Below, piece after piece: positions 27,417 to 38,042 of a stretch of DNA of 57,744 nt (positions are counted from its first letter, which is position 1; every line of letters starts with the position of its first letter). The notes under the pieces were generated by a model. The model saw nothing but the letters and a program-made list of their open reading frames with translations, was not told where the DNA came from and did no database searches. The position numbers and the translations under genes are program-made. Origin of the DNA: Nanobdellota archaeon (GTDB lineage Archaea; Nanobdellota; Nanobdellia; Parvarchaeales; Parvarchaeaceae); assembly GCA_021817165.1 (NCBI GenBank), contig JAKAVT010000005.1, positions 1 to 57,744 on the forward strand. The letters are read 5' to 3'.

Positions 27417-27450
27417 AATGTTTTTATAGTAAATAAATTCTAAATATGAA

Positions 27451-28017
27451 ATGGGCATGAACAATGACATTGACGAGAAAGCAGAGACAAGGGAGGAGGC
27501 TTCAGCTTTGCTTAACATGCTACTTGAAAGTAAGAAAGAGGGTCTTGCCTACGTTCATGCAATCGTGGACGGAGAGGATTTTGATTACAAAAGCCTGGAA
27601 AGAACCGAAATTAATAGAAGAAAATACGGCATCGAAAATTCCATTTTGGGGATAGCAAACACATTAAAAAAGTACATACAAGAATGCGACAGGCTTTCAT
27701 TCGGCAACAAGATTCAAAATGGAATAAGATACTACTTTGTCAGGCCATACGTTAAAGAGGAATTCTTTTTTCTTCTGGATGAAACAATCGAAGATATAGC
27801 GTCCGCATACAAAATAAATCTGGATAACATGCATAACCTGCTTTTAAAAGTAAACGGCAGTAAAGCCGCGTCTAAGGAAAACAGCAGAAAAGAAAACATG
27901 AGGAATATTTTGGAGGAGATAACCGAGATTGAATGCTCAAATGAATTCGTGTCAGATTTGGAGGAAAGCATCGATTTCGCAAAAAGAGTGCAGCTTGCAA
28001 CCTACAAAAAAATATAA
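27451..28017 (+). CDS. Hypothetical helical protein
   Basis: 188-aa ORF with host-like codon style; no recognisable motif. Confidence 0.6.
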   Translation: MGMNNDIDEKAETREEASALLNMLLESKKEGLAYVHAIVDGEDFDYKSLERTEINRRKYGIENSILGIANTLKKYIQECDRLSFGNKIQNGIRYYFVRPYVKEEFFFLLDETIEDIASAYKINLDNMHNLLLKVNGSKAASKENSRKENMRNILEEITEIECSNEFVSDLEESIDFAKRVQLATYKKI

Positions 28018-28041
28018 ATACTTGCTGTTCATTTGGTAGTT

Positions 28042-28314
28042 ATGGCTTTAGACGACTCAAAAAAAAGTATCAATAAATTGTTCCTACATGACAAGCCTTT
28101 TCTTCTTTTGAAGGTCATAAACGACAGCAGGCAGCCGGTTTACGCTGCTATGATATCAAAGAAAATAGACTGCAGTTACGCTTACATAGTCAGATTGATA
28201 AAGATGATGAACAAGATGGGATTGATTTATTTCGACGGTAGCAACCATAAGAAGATAATAAACCTTACGCAGAAAGGAAAGAAGATCCTTAAGTTCTTGT
28301 CGGAAATCGAATAA
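28042..28314 (+). CDS. Winged-helix (MarR-like) DNA-binding protein
   Basis: YAAMISKKIDCSYAYIVRLIKMM...GLI...INLTQKGKK. Confidence 0.8.
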   Translation: MALDDSKKSINKLFLHDKPFLLLKVINDSRQPVYAAMISKKIDCSYAYIVRLIKMMNKMGLIYFDGSNHKKIINLTQKGKKILKFLSEIE

Positions 28315-28782
28315 TCAGTTCTCTTTGTCGATCGACTTTGCGTATTCCTCTATTTTGCCAAGCATCCTGTCTATTATATACGGTTTTATAAAATCAGTTA
28401 TTATCTCGTCAAGCTTCATGTTCTCCTTTATTCGGTATAAGCTGTTCCTTTTTTCAACCAATCCAACGGCCATAAGCTTCCTCAAATCCCTTAATATGTT
28501 TGCATACACTATCTTTACCTTTCTTTTGTAAAGCTCTTTTATTATCTCATAGCTGTCCAGCCCGTCAGGCCGCTTCTTTCTCGCTTTTAAAAGTATGTCT
28601 AAAAGGTATACTATCGCTATCCTGCTTTCCCCCGAACTTATCAATCCAAGCGAGATGCAGAACCTTCTTAGATTGGCATTGTAATCGTTTGTAGGCCTTT
28701 CAAATTCGTTCAATGAAATTCCGCTCAATGGCCGGTCTCTGAATAGCCTTTCCCTCAATTTTTTACTTTCTTTATTGTCCAT
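28315..28782 (-). CDS. Winged-helix domain protein
   Basis: YANILRDLRKLMAVGLVEKRNSLYRI wing motif. Confidence 0.7.
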   Translation of the reverse strand: MDNKESKKLRERLFRDRPLSGISLNEFERPTNDYNANLRRFCISLGLISSGESRIAIVYLLDILLKARKKRPDGLDSYEIIKELYKRKVKIVYANILRDLRKLMAVGLVEKRNSLYRIKENMKLDEIITDFIKPYIIDRMLGKIEEYAKSIDKEN

Positions 28783-28788
28783 GAACCG

Positions 28789-30078
28789 TTATTTTTTCGC
28801 GTCTTGTGAGTATAATTTATTTTGCAGCTGAAGCACGTCATCTTTTGTTGCGAAAAGCGAAAGGCCGCTGTTTACTTTATTGACCGTACCTTCCATCTCG
28901 GATACTCTTTTATTCAAATCGTTTATCTTTGCGCTTAAATCCATAAATTTGTTCATGCTGGAGTTTATCTGATTGAACATCACTTCTATTTTGGATGCTT
29001 GGGCATTCATTTTATTCTCACTTTCTTCCACGTTTTTGTACACGTTTTCCACGTTCTCAAATAATTTGGATGCGTTCTTTACAACTGACAGCGAATTTAC
29101 CCTGTTAGAAAGCTCCGTGATTGATTTTGAAAGGTTACCGTTCGTATCCATTATCTTTTCAATCTCTCCCGACATTACCTCCGTTTTATCCTGCGTTTTC
29201 CTCACTTCTATCACCAATTCCGCCGGGTTATATGCAGTGATAGTAGACAAAGTGGATCTTGCGCTGTTCATGAAGTCATTTATGTGGTTCTGCGTATCGT
29301 TTACGCCCTTTTGTATGTTTTCGAATTCGCTGCTTACCGTCTCCATCTTAAGGTTTAAGCCGTTTATTTCTACCGTCAGGGAATTCACCGTGTTTATAAG
29401 CTTGTCAAACTTGTTTTCCGACTCCACCTTATATTTTTTCAGTTCGTTTATGTCATCGGAGAAGGAATTTATGCCAGGCAAAGAGGAATACACGGTTTCA
29501 TTCAATTTGTCAAGCTTCTGCTGCAGTTCGTTGTCGGAAGCGGACAAGTTTGAAGCCGTTTCCTTTATGTTTCCCATTACCACATCGTATTGTCGCGCAA
29601 GGGCAGATATGCCGTCTTCCATTCTTTTGAGATTGTCGCTGTAATCCTTGTCTTTTAAATTTATGGTCTTTGCCACGCCGTTGAAATTTTCTATTGATTT
29701 ATTTACGTTATCCGACAGCTCTTCCATGTTTGAACGTATAAAATTGAAGGAATCGCTTAATTTGTTTATCTTCGCTGCAGAATCGTTGTATGCATCGTTG
29801 ATTTTTTCTATCGAGGAATTGAATGCAGATACTGCGCCGTTAACTGCATTTGACAGCATCGATATGTCGGAATTTATCTTAGTAATCCTGCTCTCGAACA
29901 GTTCTGGATTGTCTAGCTTGCCTATTTTCTTGTCCAAAGCGGCATTCTGCTGGCTCAATGCGTCTATTTTGCTATATAAGTCGGATATCAGTGTGCTTAT
30001 TGAACTGTTGAATTTATCTATGCCGGTAAGGTAAGATTCGTAGTCTTTTGGCGCATTTTGATCGCTATTGCTTTCCAT
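28789..30078 (-). CDS. Long coiled-coil protein
   Basis: Heptad-rich N/S/K/E sequence; start at MESNSDQ (30078) avoids overlap with the upstream gene. Confidence 0.7.
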   Translation of the reverse strand: MESNSDQNAPKDYESYLTGIDKFNSSISTLISDLYSKIDALSQQNAALDKKIGKLDNPELFESRITKINSDISMLSNAVNGAVSAFNSSIEKINDAYNDSAAKINKLSDSFNFIRSNMEELSDNVNKSIENFNGVAKTINLKDKDYSDNLKRMEDGISALARQYDVVMGNIKETASNLSASDNELQQKLDKLNETVYSSLPGINSFSDDINELKKYKVESENKFDKLINTVNSLTVEINGLNLKMETVSSEFENIQKGVNDTQNHINDFMNSARSTLSTITAYNPAELVIEVRKTQDKTEVMSGEIEKIMDTNGNLSKSITELSNRVNSLSVVKNASKLFENVENVYKNVEESENKMNAQASKIEVMFNQINSSMNKFMDLSAKINDLNKRVSEMEGTVNKVNSGLSLFATKDDVLQLQNKLYSQDAKK

Positions 30079-30112
30079 ATAAAGGTTACTGCTCTTTTTT
30101 ATATTTAAACTT

Positions 30113-31024
30113 TTAAATCGCAGGGCCGTTTCCAAGCTCGTTCTTAAGCTTGCACGCCTCACAAATGTCATTTGCAGAGGGGAACCCGCAGTATCTACAC
30201 TTGTTTATTTTTATGCCGGTTTTTACCGCATAAATCTTTTTTATCTCCAGCATGGCGTCGATTATGTTCCTTTTCGAGCCCGTGAACTCTGTTTCCATCT
30301 GCTTTATCTTCCTCGAAATAAGGCCCCTAAACCCCATACCTGCGTATGGACAGGGCGTGTGTATGGCGTTTATATCGTTTAGCATGGAAAAAAGCATGGT
30401 TTCCTTTTCGCTTAGGAAAAGGAAAGGCTTAATCCTGGGAACGAAACCCTCCTCTTTTATGATTCCTGAATATGCTCCAAGCCTGACCATCTTATCAACG
30501 TCGTTTTGTACTAGGTTCATAATCACATTCTCTGCCTCGTCATCCATGTTGTGGGCCGTCGCGACCTTGTCTGCATGCACTTCTGAAGCCGCATAGTTTA
30601 TAAGATGTCTGCGCAGCACGCCGCATGCAGAGCAGGGTATGCCACTTCTTGTTTTTGTTATGGAATCCATCGTTTGGCCAGTGAAATCTTTATACGAGTA
30701 TATTCTGTAGTCTACGCCATATCTTCCGCAGTAGTCTTTCATTATTTCTATCGTTTTGTCTCTATATCCTTTTATTCCCTCGTCTATCGTTATTGAAACA
30801 ATTTCGTTTGATTTTTTGAAGTATTTTGAAAGTATGTAAAGGAGGGACAAGGAATCCTTGCCGCCGGAGTTTGCCACAGCTATCTTTTCCCCCTTTTTTA
30901 TAAGCCGGTATTTTTTAATCGTTGAAAGCGTTATCTCCTCGAACCGCTGTTTAAAGTGTTCCGCGCAAAGTGTGCCGTTATTTGTGGATATGACTGCATC
31001 CGCTCCGCATATTTCGCATTCCAT
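30113..31024 (-). CDS. ncsA: tRNA 2-thiolation protein TtuA/NcsA (Ctu1 family)
   Basis: SGGKDS PP-loop, CSACGVLRR, ATAHNMDDEAE, CPY, terminal zinc fingers. Confidence 0.88.
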   Translation of the reverse strand: MECEICGADAVISTNNGTLCAEHFKQRFEEITLSTIKKYRLIKKGEKIAVANSGGKDSLSLLYILSKYFKKSNEIVSITIDEGIKGYRDKTIEIMKDYCGRYGVDYRIYSYKDFTGQTMDSITKTRSGIPCSACGVLRRHLINYAASEVHADKVATAHNMDDEAENVIMNLVQNDVDKMVRLGAYSGIIKEEGFVPRIKPFLFLSEKETMLFSMLNDINAIHTPCPYAGMGFRGLISRKIKQMETEFTGSKRNIIDAMLEIKKIYAVKTGIKINKCRYCGFPSANDICEACKLKNELGNGPAI

Positions 31025-31227
31025 CAACCGCCTGAAAAGACCTCTACTACGTTTATTTCATCCCCCTTCCGAATCGATTGGTCTTTCGTGTAGATCTTTC
31101 CGTCCTTTCCGATCAATATAACCGAATCGTCGTTAAACGAAAGCTTATCCAACAGTTCTTTTATTGAGCCACTTTCTATGTTTATTGTCTTTTCTCCGAA
31201 ATTTATGTTGTTAAGTTTTATCTCCAT
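31024..31227 (-). CDS. Ubiquitin-like sulfur carrier (ThiS/MoaD/SAMP family)
   Basis: C-terminal VFSGG; stop overlaps the ttuA/ncsA start. Confidence 0.85.
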   Translation of the reverse strand: MEIKLNNINFGEKTINIESGSIKELLDKLSFNDDSVILIGKDGKIYTKDQSIRKGDEINVVEVFSGG

Positions 31228-31228
31228 T

Positions 31229-33577
31229 TTAATCACTTATATTGTGCATGCCTCTTAAATCCTTTTCAAAAGGCTTTAGCTCGGGAGGAACTACGGCTTT
31301 TATCGCCTCTCTTAAAGACATTTTACCTTCCTTTTTGGCGTTCCATATCCCGCTATCGAATTCCATGATCTTGTCTCCAAGCAGCAGGATGTTGCCGTCG
31401 TACTTTTTCGCTTCCGGCATCTTTTGATAGTGTATGGATTCTCCACCATAAAGTTCTTCCCACAGCGTTTGCGTTATAAAGGGAGTTATTGGGGCCATAA
31501 GCAAAAGCAATCTTTTCAATACGTAATTAAGCGTGTAAACCGCCGATTTTTTCTCGTTTTCTGAAAATCCCTCGCCGTATGCTCTTGCCTTTACGAGCTC
31601 TATATAATGTGGTGCGAACACATTCCATATGAACTCCCTTACCTTATTTGCAGGGATAAATGAATTTAGTTCCTCATAGCTATTTCTGCATTCTTCAGTC
31701 AGTTTTTCGGTGTAACTGATTATCCATTTGTCGCTTTCATTCAGGAGCGTTTCATCGAAATCTTCGTAATTGCCGAATTGGTTTATAAGCCTTGCCACGT
31801 TCCATAGCTTCGTTAGAAATTTTGAGCTTCCCTGCAGCCTGCTTTCGGAAAAAAGAAAATTGCTGCCAGGCAGAGCCTCCGACGCCGCCCAGAACCTGAA
31901 CGCATCTGCGCCGTATTTTTCTATAACTATCGTTGGATCAATGCCGTTTCCCTTTGATTTAGACATCTTTTCACCGTGCTCGTCAAGTCCCATGCCGTCT
32001 ATCCAGACCTTTTCCCATGGAAGTTTTCCAGTAAGTTGGTAGCAGCGGAGAATACTATAGTTTAGCCACGTTCTTATTATGTCAATGCCCTGGGTCCTCA
32101 AGCTCAGCGGGTATGTTTTTTCATAGAAGTTTTTATCCGATAAATATTTGGTAACGTATAAAGCAGAAACACTTGAATCCATCCAAGTGTCAAACGTCCT
32201 GTCATCCCCTATGAATTCACTGCTGCCGCATTTTGCGCAGACTGCTCCTTGAGGGGGTTTTTCCTTCCATGGCTGGTAATACTTCCCTTCTTCTGGCACG
32301 TATGGTTCTTTGCAGTTTTTACAGTACCACAATGGGATTTCCGTTCCATAGTATCTTCTTCTGGAAATCGGCCAGTCTGCCGACACTTTCAGCCAGTTTA
32401 TTAATATCTGCCTGTGCTGCTCAGGGATTATTTTCAGTTCGTTCGCCAGTTCCTCCAATTTGTCCTTTATGTCCGTGACTTTTAAGTAATATTCATCAAG
32501 GGGTATTATCTCTATAGGAGTTTTGCTCCTATCGCAAATCGGAGTCCTGTGCTGTATTTTTTCTATCTTTTCAACGTAACCTCCTTCTTTAAGCATGTCA
32601 ATTATCTCTTTCCTTGCGTCCTTTATCTTCAGGCCTTTCAGCTTTTCTCCTGCGTTTTCGTTCATTTTTCCGTCAGTGTCTATCACAATGTTCTCCGTTA
32701 GCTGCAGTTCCTTGATTATCATTATGTCATTGTAATCCCCGTAGCTGCATATCATGACGGCTCCGCTTCCAAAATCCGTCTTTGCGTATCCATGCGGGAT
32801 TATCTTTACTTCTTTGTTGTACAGTGGCGTGATGGCTGTTTTGTTTATCACGTCTTTGAATCTCTCATCGGAAGGATTTACAAGTATGGCGGAGCATGCA
32901 CCCAGAAGCTCAGGCCTCGTGCTTGCTACGAGTATTTTCTGCCCGGAATCCTTTATTTTGAAATAGAAATAAATTAAATCCGTTTCCATTTCCTTGTACT
33001 CTATTTCGGCATCTGCTATGGTAGTCCCGCAGTCTATACAATAATTGCTGGGCCTTGTGCCCCTCGTTATCCTCCCGTTTTTCCACATCTCTATGAAAGT
33101 GCTCTGCGTAAGTTTTCTGTAATCCTCGGAATCTGTCCTGTAAACCCTGTCAAAATCAGCGGAGTACGCGAATGACTTAAGGATCTCAAACATCTCTTTC
33201 TCCAGTTCGTCAAGCGATTCTCTGCATAGTTCTATGAATTTTTCTCTTGGAGTGTCTCTCATTCTTATGCCGTGTTTTTTTTCAGCGTATCTCTCTACAG
33301 GTATGCCGTTTCTGTCCATGCCGATTGGGAATAGCACTTCCTTGCCGAGCATTCTTTGAGATCTTGCAATGCCGTCTATCTTAGAATACTGTGCGGCTGC
33401 ACCAAGGTGCCACGGCCTTCCTGATGTATATGGGGGAGGAGTATCTATGGAAAATATCTTCTTTTCAGAGTACGGCGAGAAATCCCATCTGAGCGAATTT
33501 AATCTTTCCGCTGTATTCTTTTCTAATTTTCTATCCCAGTTCTTGTTTTCTCCAAATATTTTGTTGCCTTCGGCCAT
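31229..33577 (-). CDS. valS: Valyl-tRNA synthetase
   Basis: IDTPPPYTSG, HLGA (HIGH variant), GSGAVMIC, DWPISRRR, DTWMDSS, KMSKS. Confidence 0.92.
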   Translation of the reverse strand: MAEGNKIFGENKNWDRKLEKNTAERLNSLRWDFSPYSEKKIFSIDTPPPYTSGRPWHLGAAAQYSKIDGIARSQRMLGKEVLFPIGMDRNGIPVERYAEKKHGIRMRDTPREKFIELCRESLDELEKEMFEILKSFAYSADFDRVYRTDSEDYRKLTQSTFIEMWKNGRITRGTRPSNYCIDCGTTIADAEIEYKEMETDLIYFYFKIKDSGQKILVASTRPELLGACSAILVNPSDERFKDVINKTAITPLYNKEVKIIPHGYAKTDFGSGAVMICSYGDYNDIMIIKELQLTENIVIDTDGKMNENAGEKLKGLKIKDARKEIIDMLKEGGYVEKIEKIQHRTPICDRSKTPIEIIPLDEYYLKVTDIKDKLEELANELKIIPEQHRQILINWLKVSADWPISRRRYYGTEIPLWYCKNCKEPYVPEEGKYYQPWKEKPPQGAVCAKCGSSEFIGDDRTFDTWMDSSVSALYVTKYLSDKNFYEKTYPLSLRTQGIDIIRTWLNYSILRCYQLTGKLPWEKVWIDGMGLDEHGEKMSKSKGNGIDPTIVIEKYGADAFRFWAASEALPGSNFLFSESRLQGSSKFLTKLWNVARLINQFGNYEDFDETLLNESDKWIISYTEKLTEECRNSYEELNSFIPANKVREFIWNVFAPHYIELVKARAYGEGFSENEKKSAVYTLNYVLKRLLLLMAPITPFITQTLWEELYGGESIHYQKMPEAKKYDGNILLLGDKIMEFDSGIWNAKKEGKMSLREAIKAVVPPELKPFEKDLRGMHNISD

Positions 33578-33608
33578 TCTAATACAAGATTGTTTGCGTT
33601 TTTATCCT

Positions 33609-34940
33609 TTACTGGAAAGTTATTTCCTGTCCGTCAAGCAGTATGTGGGAATTTTTATTCAGCTCGTATCCGAATTCCCTAGCTAGATCTATGTTTGCGC
33701 TGAGCTTTTCTATTCCGCCGTGCGAAGGTATCAAATGCTTTGGCATCAGCATCTTTATTAGCAGCTTGTGGTCGTTTTTTGACGCATGCCCGGATACGTG
33801 CACGTCGTCTGCTATGTTAACGTTTAAGCTTTCAAGCGCATTTTTCAGCATCCCTTTGTTTGCCTCGTTTATCGGCGTTGGTATTGTTCTTGACGAGAAT
33901 ATCACTGCATCCTCATTTGATAGATGGTATTGGTACTGGCCAGTTACAAGCTTGTCAAGAAATGCGCCCCTTTCTCCCTGATGACCGGTGCATATTATTA
34001 CGAACTTTCCAGGTCTTTCTGATACGTATTTAAGGGCGCTGTTTATCTGCTCCCTTCTTACTATCACTTCAGGCAATGCGCCCCTGTTTATTACGCCGGT
34101 GTTTATTGCGGCCTTTATATACATGTCCATGCTTCTGCCGAATATCATTACGTTTCTGTTCAATTTCCTGCTTATCTCCACTATGTTTTTTATCCTTGCA
34201 ATGTGGGAAGAGAAAGTAGATATAAAAATCGTTTTGTTGTCAAGGCTTTTCTTGATTATGTCCTCAAGCATGGTCTTTACAACGCTTTCTGAAAAAGTGT
34301 ATCCATCTACTTCTGCATTAGTAGAATCGGATATCAATATGAAGACTCCCTCCTTTCTAAGCTCCTCAAGTCTTTCGTAATCGGGCTTTTTACCCAATGT
34401 AGGAGTGTTGTCAAATTTCCAGTCGTTTGCGTATATCACTACTCCGTATTTGGTGTGCAGCGCTATCATAGAGCTATTTGGTATGGAATGCGTTATGTTA
34501 ACCAATTCAAGTTTTATGTTATCTGATATGTTGTACAGCGTGCCTGTGTTAAGCTGCACAAGTTTGAGGGACCTTACCTTGAAGTTTTTCATAAGGTTCT
34601 CTATGACCTTTATTGTAAACGGTGTCGCTATCACCGGGCACTTGTATTTCTGGCTCAGGAAAGGAACTGCCCATATGTGATCCAGATGGCCATGCGTAAG
34701 CACTATTGCCTTGACCTTCTTGCCATCCTCCATGAAGAAATCCCTGTCATCAGGTATAACGCCGTTGTCTATAAGAGCGGTCAGGTCGTTTACTGTTATG
34801 TCGTTTTTGTCTTCCTCAAAGTTGACCAGCTTTTCTATGTCTGCGCCCATGTCGGTTATTATTATCTCGCCGTCGATGTCTATCGCAGTCATGCTTTTTC
34901 CTATTTTACTATATCCTCCAAATGCTTTTACTTTTATCAT
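33609..34940 (-). CDS. rnj: RNase J family beta-CASP ribonuclease
   Basis: THGHLDH, THSIP, DWKFD, HVSGHA, PSHG. Confidence 0.9.
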   Translation of the reverse strand: MIKVKAFGGYSKIGKSMTAIDIDGEIIITDMGADIEKLVNFEEDKNDITVNDLTALIDNGVIPDDRDFFMEDGKKVKAIVLTHGHLDHIWAVPFLSQKYKCPVIATPFTIKVIENLMKNFKVRSLKLVQLNTGTLYNISDNIKLELVNITHSIPNSSMIALHTKYGVVIYANDWKFDNTPTLGKKPDYERLEELRKEGVFILISDSTNAEVDGYTFSESVVKTMLEDIIKKSLDNKTIFISTFSSHIARIKNIVEISRKLNRNVMIFGRSMDMYIKAAINTGVINRGALPEVIVRREQINSALKYVSERPGKFVIICTGHQGERGAFLDKLVTGQYQYHLSNEDAVIFSSRTIPTPINEANKGMLKNALESLNVNIADDVHVSGHASKNDHKLLIKMLMPKHLIPSHGGIEKLSANIDLAREFGYELNKNSHILLDGQEITFQ

Positions 34941-35851
34941 ATTCCTTTTACAAACTCACCTACGTTTTTATATCCTTTTTTTCTGGAAAGAATCCTAAGC
35001 AGTTTGACAGCTCCGCTGCCATACTGCATGGCTTTTTTCTTCCTTTCCGTTATTTTTCCGCTTAGTCCGAGTGATTTCCCAATCGAACGAACCGGAACTT
35101 TATCGTAATTCTGCGCAATGTCCTCTATGTCCATTGAAAGCACTGTATCTATGACTTTGTCATCAAGGTATGGAAATGCAATCGATAATCCAAGCTTTAA
35201 CGCCATCGAATTCAGTCTCCAAAGGTCCAATGCCGGCATGTAAAAAAGCCGCCATTCCCTAAATTTTCCAAGTGCTTCCTTTTCCATCGTTTTGTGCCTT
35301 TGAAATCCGAAAAACAGCTCATCGCTCCCTATCCCGCTTATAACTCTGCTACATTTCATCTCCTTTGCCCTCTCCATTGACAGGAATTCGGGTATTCCCA
35401 TGATTATGCTGTACACGTCAAGATCAAGCGCTTTAAGCGATCTAATTGCATGGTATGCATTTTCTTCAGTTATTATGACACTGCTGAGAGGGGTATTTAA
35501 TTCGCTGCCAAGAACGCCGGCATAATCCAGGTCCTCGCAGCCTTCTGTGCCTGCTGATATAAGCTTCACGTCATTGAATTCTTTGACTGCCAAGGCCGCA
35601 AGCACTGAAGAGTCTATTCCCCCAGATACAAGAACCGAATCAGGCCTTGCTTTTGAAACGCTTTCCTTCAGGGACTGTGCTATGTCGTAATTTGCCTTTT
35701 TTCCGCCTTTTTTTAATTTTATGCCTATCCTGTTATTTGATAGGCTTACAGCCGAATTTCCAGGGAATACAAGCCGCAAGTTGAATATCATTTCGTTTTC
35801 CGAAGTAGAGTTTATCCTATCAATAAGCAATACGTCATCTCTCGTTTTCAT
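34937..35851 (-). CDS. Asparagine synthase C-terminal-domain protein (no glutaminase domain)
   Basis: SGGIDSS, SGIGSDELFFG, FPYLD, RKKKAMQYGSG. Confidence 0.75.
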   Translation of the reverse strand: MKTRDDVLLIDRINSTSENEMIFNLRLVFPGNSAVSLSNNRIGIKLKKGGKKANYDIAQSLKESVSKARPDSVLVSGGIDSSVLAALAVKEFNDVKLISAGTEGCEDLDYAGVLGSELNTPLSSVIITEENAYHAIRSLKALDLDVYSIIMGIPEFLSMERAKEMKCSRVISGIGSDELFFGFQRHKTMEKEALGKFREWRLFYMPALDLWRLNSMALKLGLSIAFPYLDDKVIDTVLSMDIEDIAQNYDKVPVRSIGKSLGLSGKITERKKKAMQYGSGAVKLLRILSRKKGYKNVGEFVKGI

Positions 35852-36186
35852 GTTTCTCTCAGCTCAAGTTTGTCCCCTACTTTTATGTTGTATTTTCCGT
35901 CTACCGGCAGCTCCAGAACGTGCTGTGCTTCTTCAGGCCCGTTATAAAGCCGCCATTTTCTTGCGATAGTCTGATGGACCACCTTGAAATTTTTATTCAG
36001 CCATATCACCCTTAACTCGAATCTTACAAAATTCATGTGTATGTCTTTTACGTCCGGTAGAAAAGCGCCTTTTCCAGGGCTGGATACAAACATAAGTCCC
36101 ATGACTTTGCTTGAAAAAGTCCTGCAATATTTGACATCCTTTGCGATCAGCTTTCCGTTTTTGTAAAAATCACATTTCTCTTTCAT
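35848..36186 (-). CDS. DUF192 family protein
   Basis: KVMGLMF, IHMNFVRFELRVIWL, HVLELP; start is uncertain (36186 or 36228). Confidence 0.75.
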   Translation of the reverse strand: MKEKCDFYKNGKLIAKDVKYCRTFSSKVMGLMFVSSPGKGAFLPDVKDIHMNFVRFELRVIWLNKNFKVVHQTIARKWRLYNGPEEAQHVLELPVDGKYNIKVGDKLELRET

Positions 36187-36254
36187 TGCCTTTTCCCCGT
36201 TTGATATGTAGAATGTTAATGTTTTCAATTGATGTTTGACTATCCATAATTTTA

Positions 36255-36854
36255 TTAAAATTCAAGTTCCTTTGACACGAAATCTTCAAGGTTTATCTTC
36301 TCGATCTTTTCTTTCTCCTCTTTTTTGGCCATGTTCATTGCCAGTAGGAACAGTATTAAACCTATGCTGTTCCCGCTCTTATTGTTGCCTGGGATTATAA
36401 GATCTATAAATGCCGTGCTGTTGTCCGTGTTTGTTATGCCAACTATTGGTATGTTTATCTTCTTTGCGTCGTTTATGGCCCTTCTGTTCGCTTTCGGGTC
36501 AGTTATTAACAGGACTTTCGGCTCAAAAAAGTTCTTGTAGCTTATGTTCGTAAGCGAACCTGCAAGATATCTTCCGAAATTTACGCTTATTCCCATGAGC
36601 TTCGAGAAATTGTAAACGGGATAGTACGCACTGTCCAGCGTCGACACAAGAAGGATGTTTTTTCTCTTGTATCCGTTCAAAAACTTGGCTGCAAGCTTTA
36701 TCCTCTCGTCTATAAGTTTTATGTTCAATATCGTAAATTTATTAGGTATCTTCTTGAATACGAATCTTTCGAATTCCTTGTTGTTGGCGTTTGCCCCTAT
36801 TCTCGTTCCGTAAGTCTTATACGCTTCCAATTTGTCTATTTTTTTAAATACCAT
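36255..36854 (-). CDS. rps2: 30S ribosomal protein S2
   Basis: GRYLAGSLTN, EPKVLLITDP, IPGNNKS. Confidence 0.92.
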   Translation of the reverse strand: MVFKKIDKLEAYKTYGTRIGANANNKEFERFVFKKIPNKFTILNIKLIDERIKLAAKFLNGYKRKNILLVSTLDSAYYPVYNFSKLMGISVNFGRYLAGSLTNISYKNFFEPKVLLITDPKANRRAINDAKKINIPIVGITNTDNSTAFIDLIIPGNNKSGNSIGLILFLLAMNMAKKEEKEKIEKINLEDFVSKELEF

Positions 36855-36855
36855 A

Positions 36856-38022
36856 TCAATTTAGCTCAATTAGCCTATTTATTTTCTCTATCCTTTCTCC
36901 TCTATTGATTCCAACTTTTAAATACTTTGCGTTTAACCCAACTGCTAGGTCTGCTATTATCGGGATAGATGTTTCCTCGGACCTATGCGATACTACCTTG
37001 TCTATTTTGAATCTGTCTGCAAGCTCAGAGTATTCCTTTACCTTGTACATGAGACCCACTTGATTCGGCTTTATTAGCGTTGCATTTATAGACCCGTGCA
37101 CCTTTTCAAGCCTTTCCGGAGTAGTTGCAGTAAGGTCATCTCCGACTATAAGCGAACCGCCAAGCGATTTTAGTACTTCTCCATAGTCTTCCGCAAGAGT
37201 TTCATCAACAGGATCTTCTATGTAAAATATGTCAAACTCGTCTGCAATCTTTTTTGTCAGGTCTATCTGCTCCCCCCGGTCTAATTCCTTTTTCCCGTAT
37301 ATCGGCCGTTTGTACCTGTATTTTCCATCCTTATAAAACGTAGAAGCCGCGAAATCCAGCCCAAGTCTTATGTCCATGCTGTTTTCTTTTATTACGTCTT
37401 CTGCCGCTTCCCTTACTAGCTTTATCGATTCATAGTTGTCCAGTCCGCTTATGAATCCTCCTTCAGGGTCTACTCCGCCTATGAAGCTGTCAGTTTTGTC
37501 TTCAAGCAGCTCTTTCACCCTTTTGTAAACCCTTAGAGTGCCGTTTATGCTTTCTAAATTGTTATTAGTTATAGTCGTTACAAGTATCTCTTGTATGTCC
37601 ATACCCAATCCGGAGGCATGTAGTCCTCCCCCTATCATTTTACACACAGGCATGACATTGTTTTTCTTTCCAAACAGTTCATAGGGCTCTTTGTTTAGGT
37701 CTGCACTTACTCCATATAATAGAGCGTACGAAAGTGAAAGCGATGGCCCTCCGATGAATTCTTCAGGCAGGCTTTTTTCTAGGGCAAAGATGTCTTCCAA
37801 TCCATTTATCTTAGTTCCCACCAATTTTTTAAGATGCGCGTTAAAACTGGCTATTTCATCGTCTATGCTCCTGCTAAACTGGTTTACTTCATATTTACTG
37901 TTGCTTTCGCCTGCCGGAGACGATCCACGAAATCTGCCTTTCTCAGTGTTAAGTACGACTTCTACTGTGAAATTCGAATTTGCGTTTAGAATCTTCAGCG
38001 CTTTTATCTCTTTTATCTCCAT
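36856..38022 (-). CDS. eno: Enolase
   Basis: GGGLHA, IQE, LDFAAS, IEDP, VGDDL, IKPNQVG, VSHRSEET; adjacent to rps2. Confidence 0.9.
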   Translation of the reverse strand: MEIKEIKALKILNANSNFTVEVVLNTEKGRFRGSSPAGESNSKYEVNQFSRSIDDEIASFNAHLKKLVGTKINGLEDIFALEKSLPEEFIGGPSLSLSYALLYGVSADLNKEPYELFGKKNNVMPVCKMIGGGLHASGLGMDIQEILVTTITNNNLESINGTLRVYKRVKELLEDKTDSFIGGVDPEGGFISGLDNYESIKLVREAAEDVIKENSMDIRLGLDFAASTFYKDGKYRYKRPIYGKKELDRGEQIDLTKKIADEFDIFYIEDPVDETLAEDYGEVLKSLGGSLIVGDDLTATTPERLEKVHGSINATLIKPNQVGLMYKVKEYSELADRFKIDKVVSHRSEETSIPIIADLAVGLNAKYLKVGINRGERIEKINRLIELN

Positions 38023-38042
38023 TTTTATTATATATCTATATC

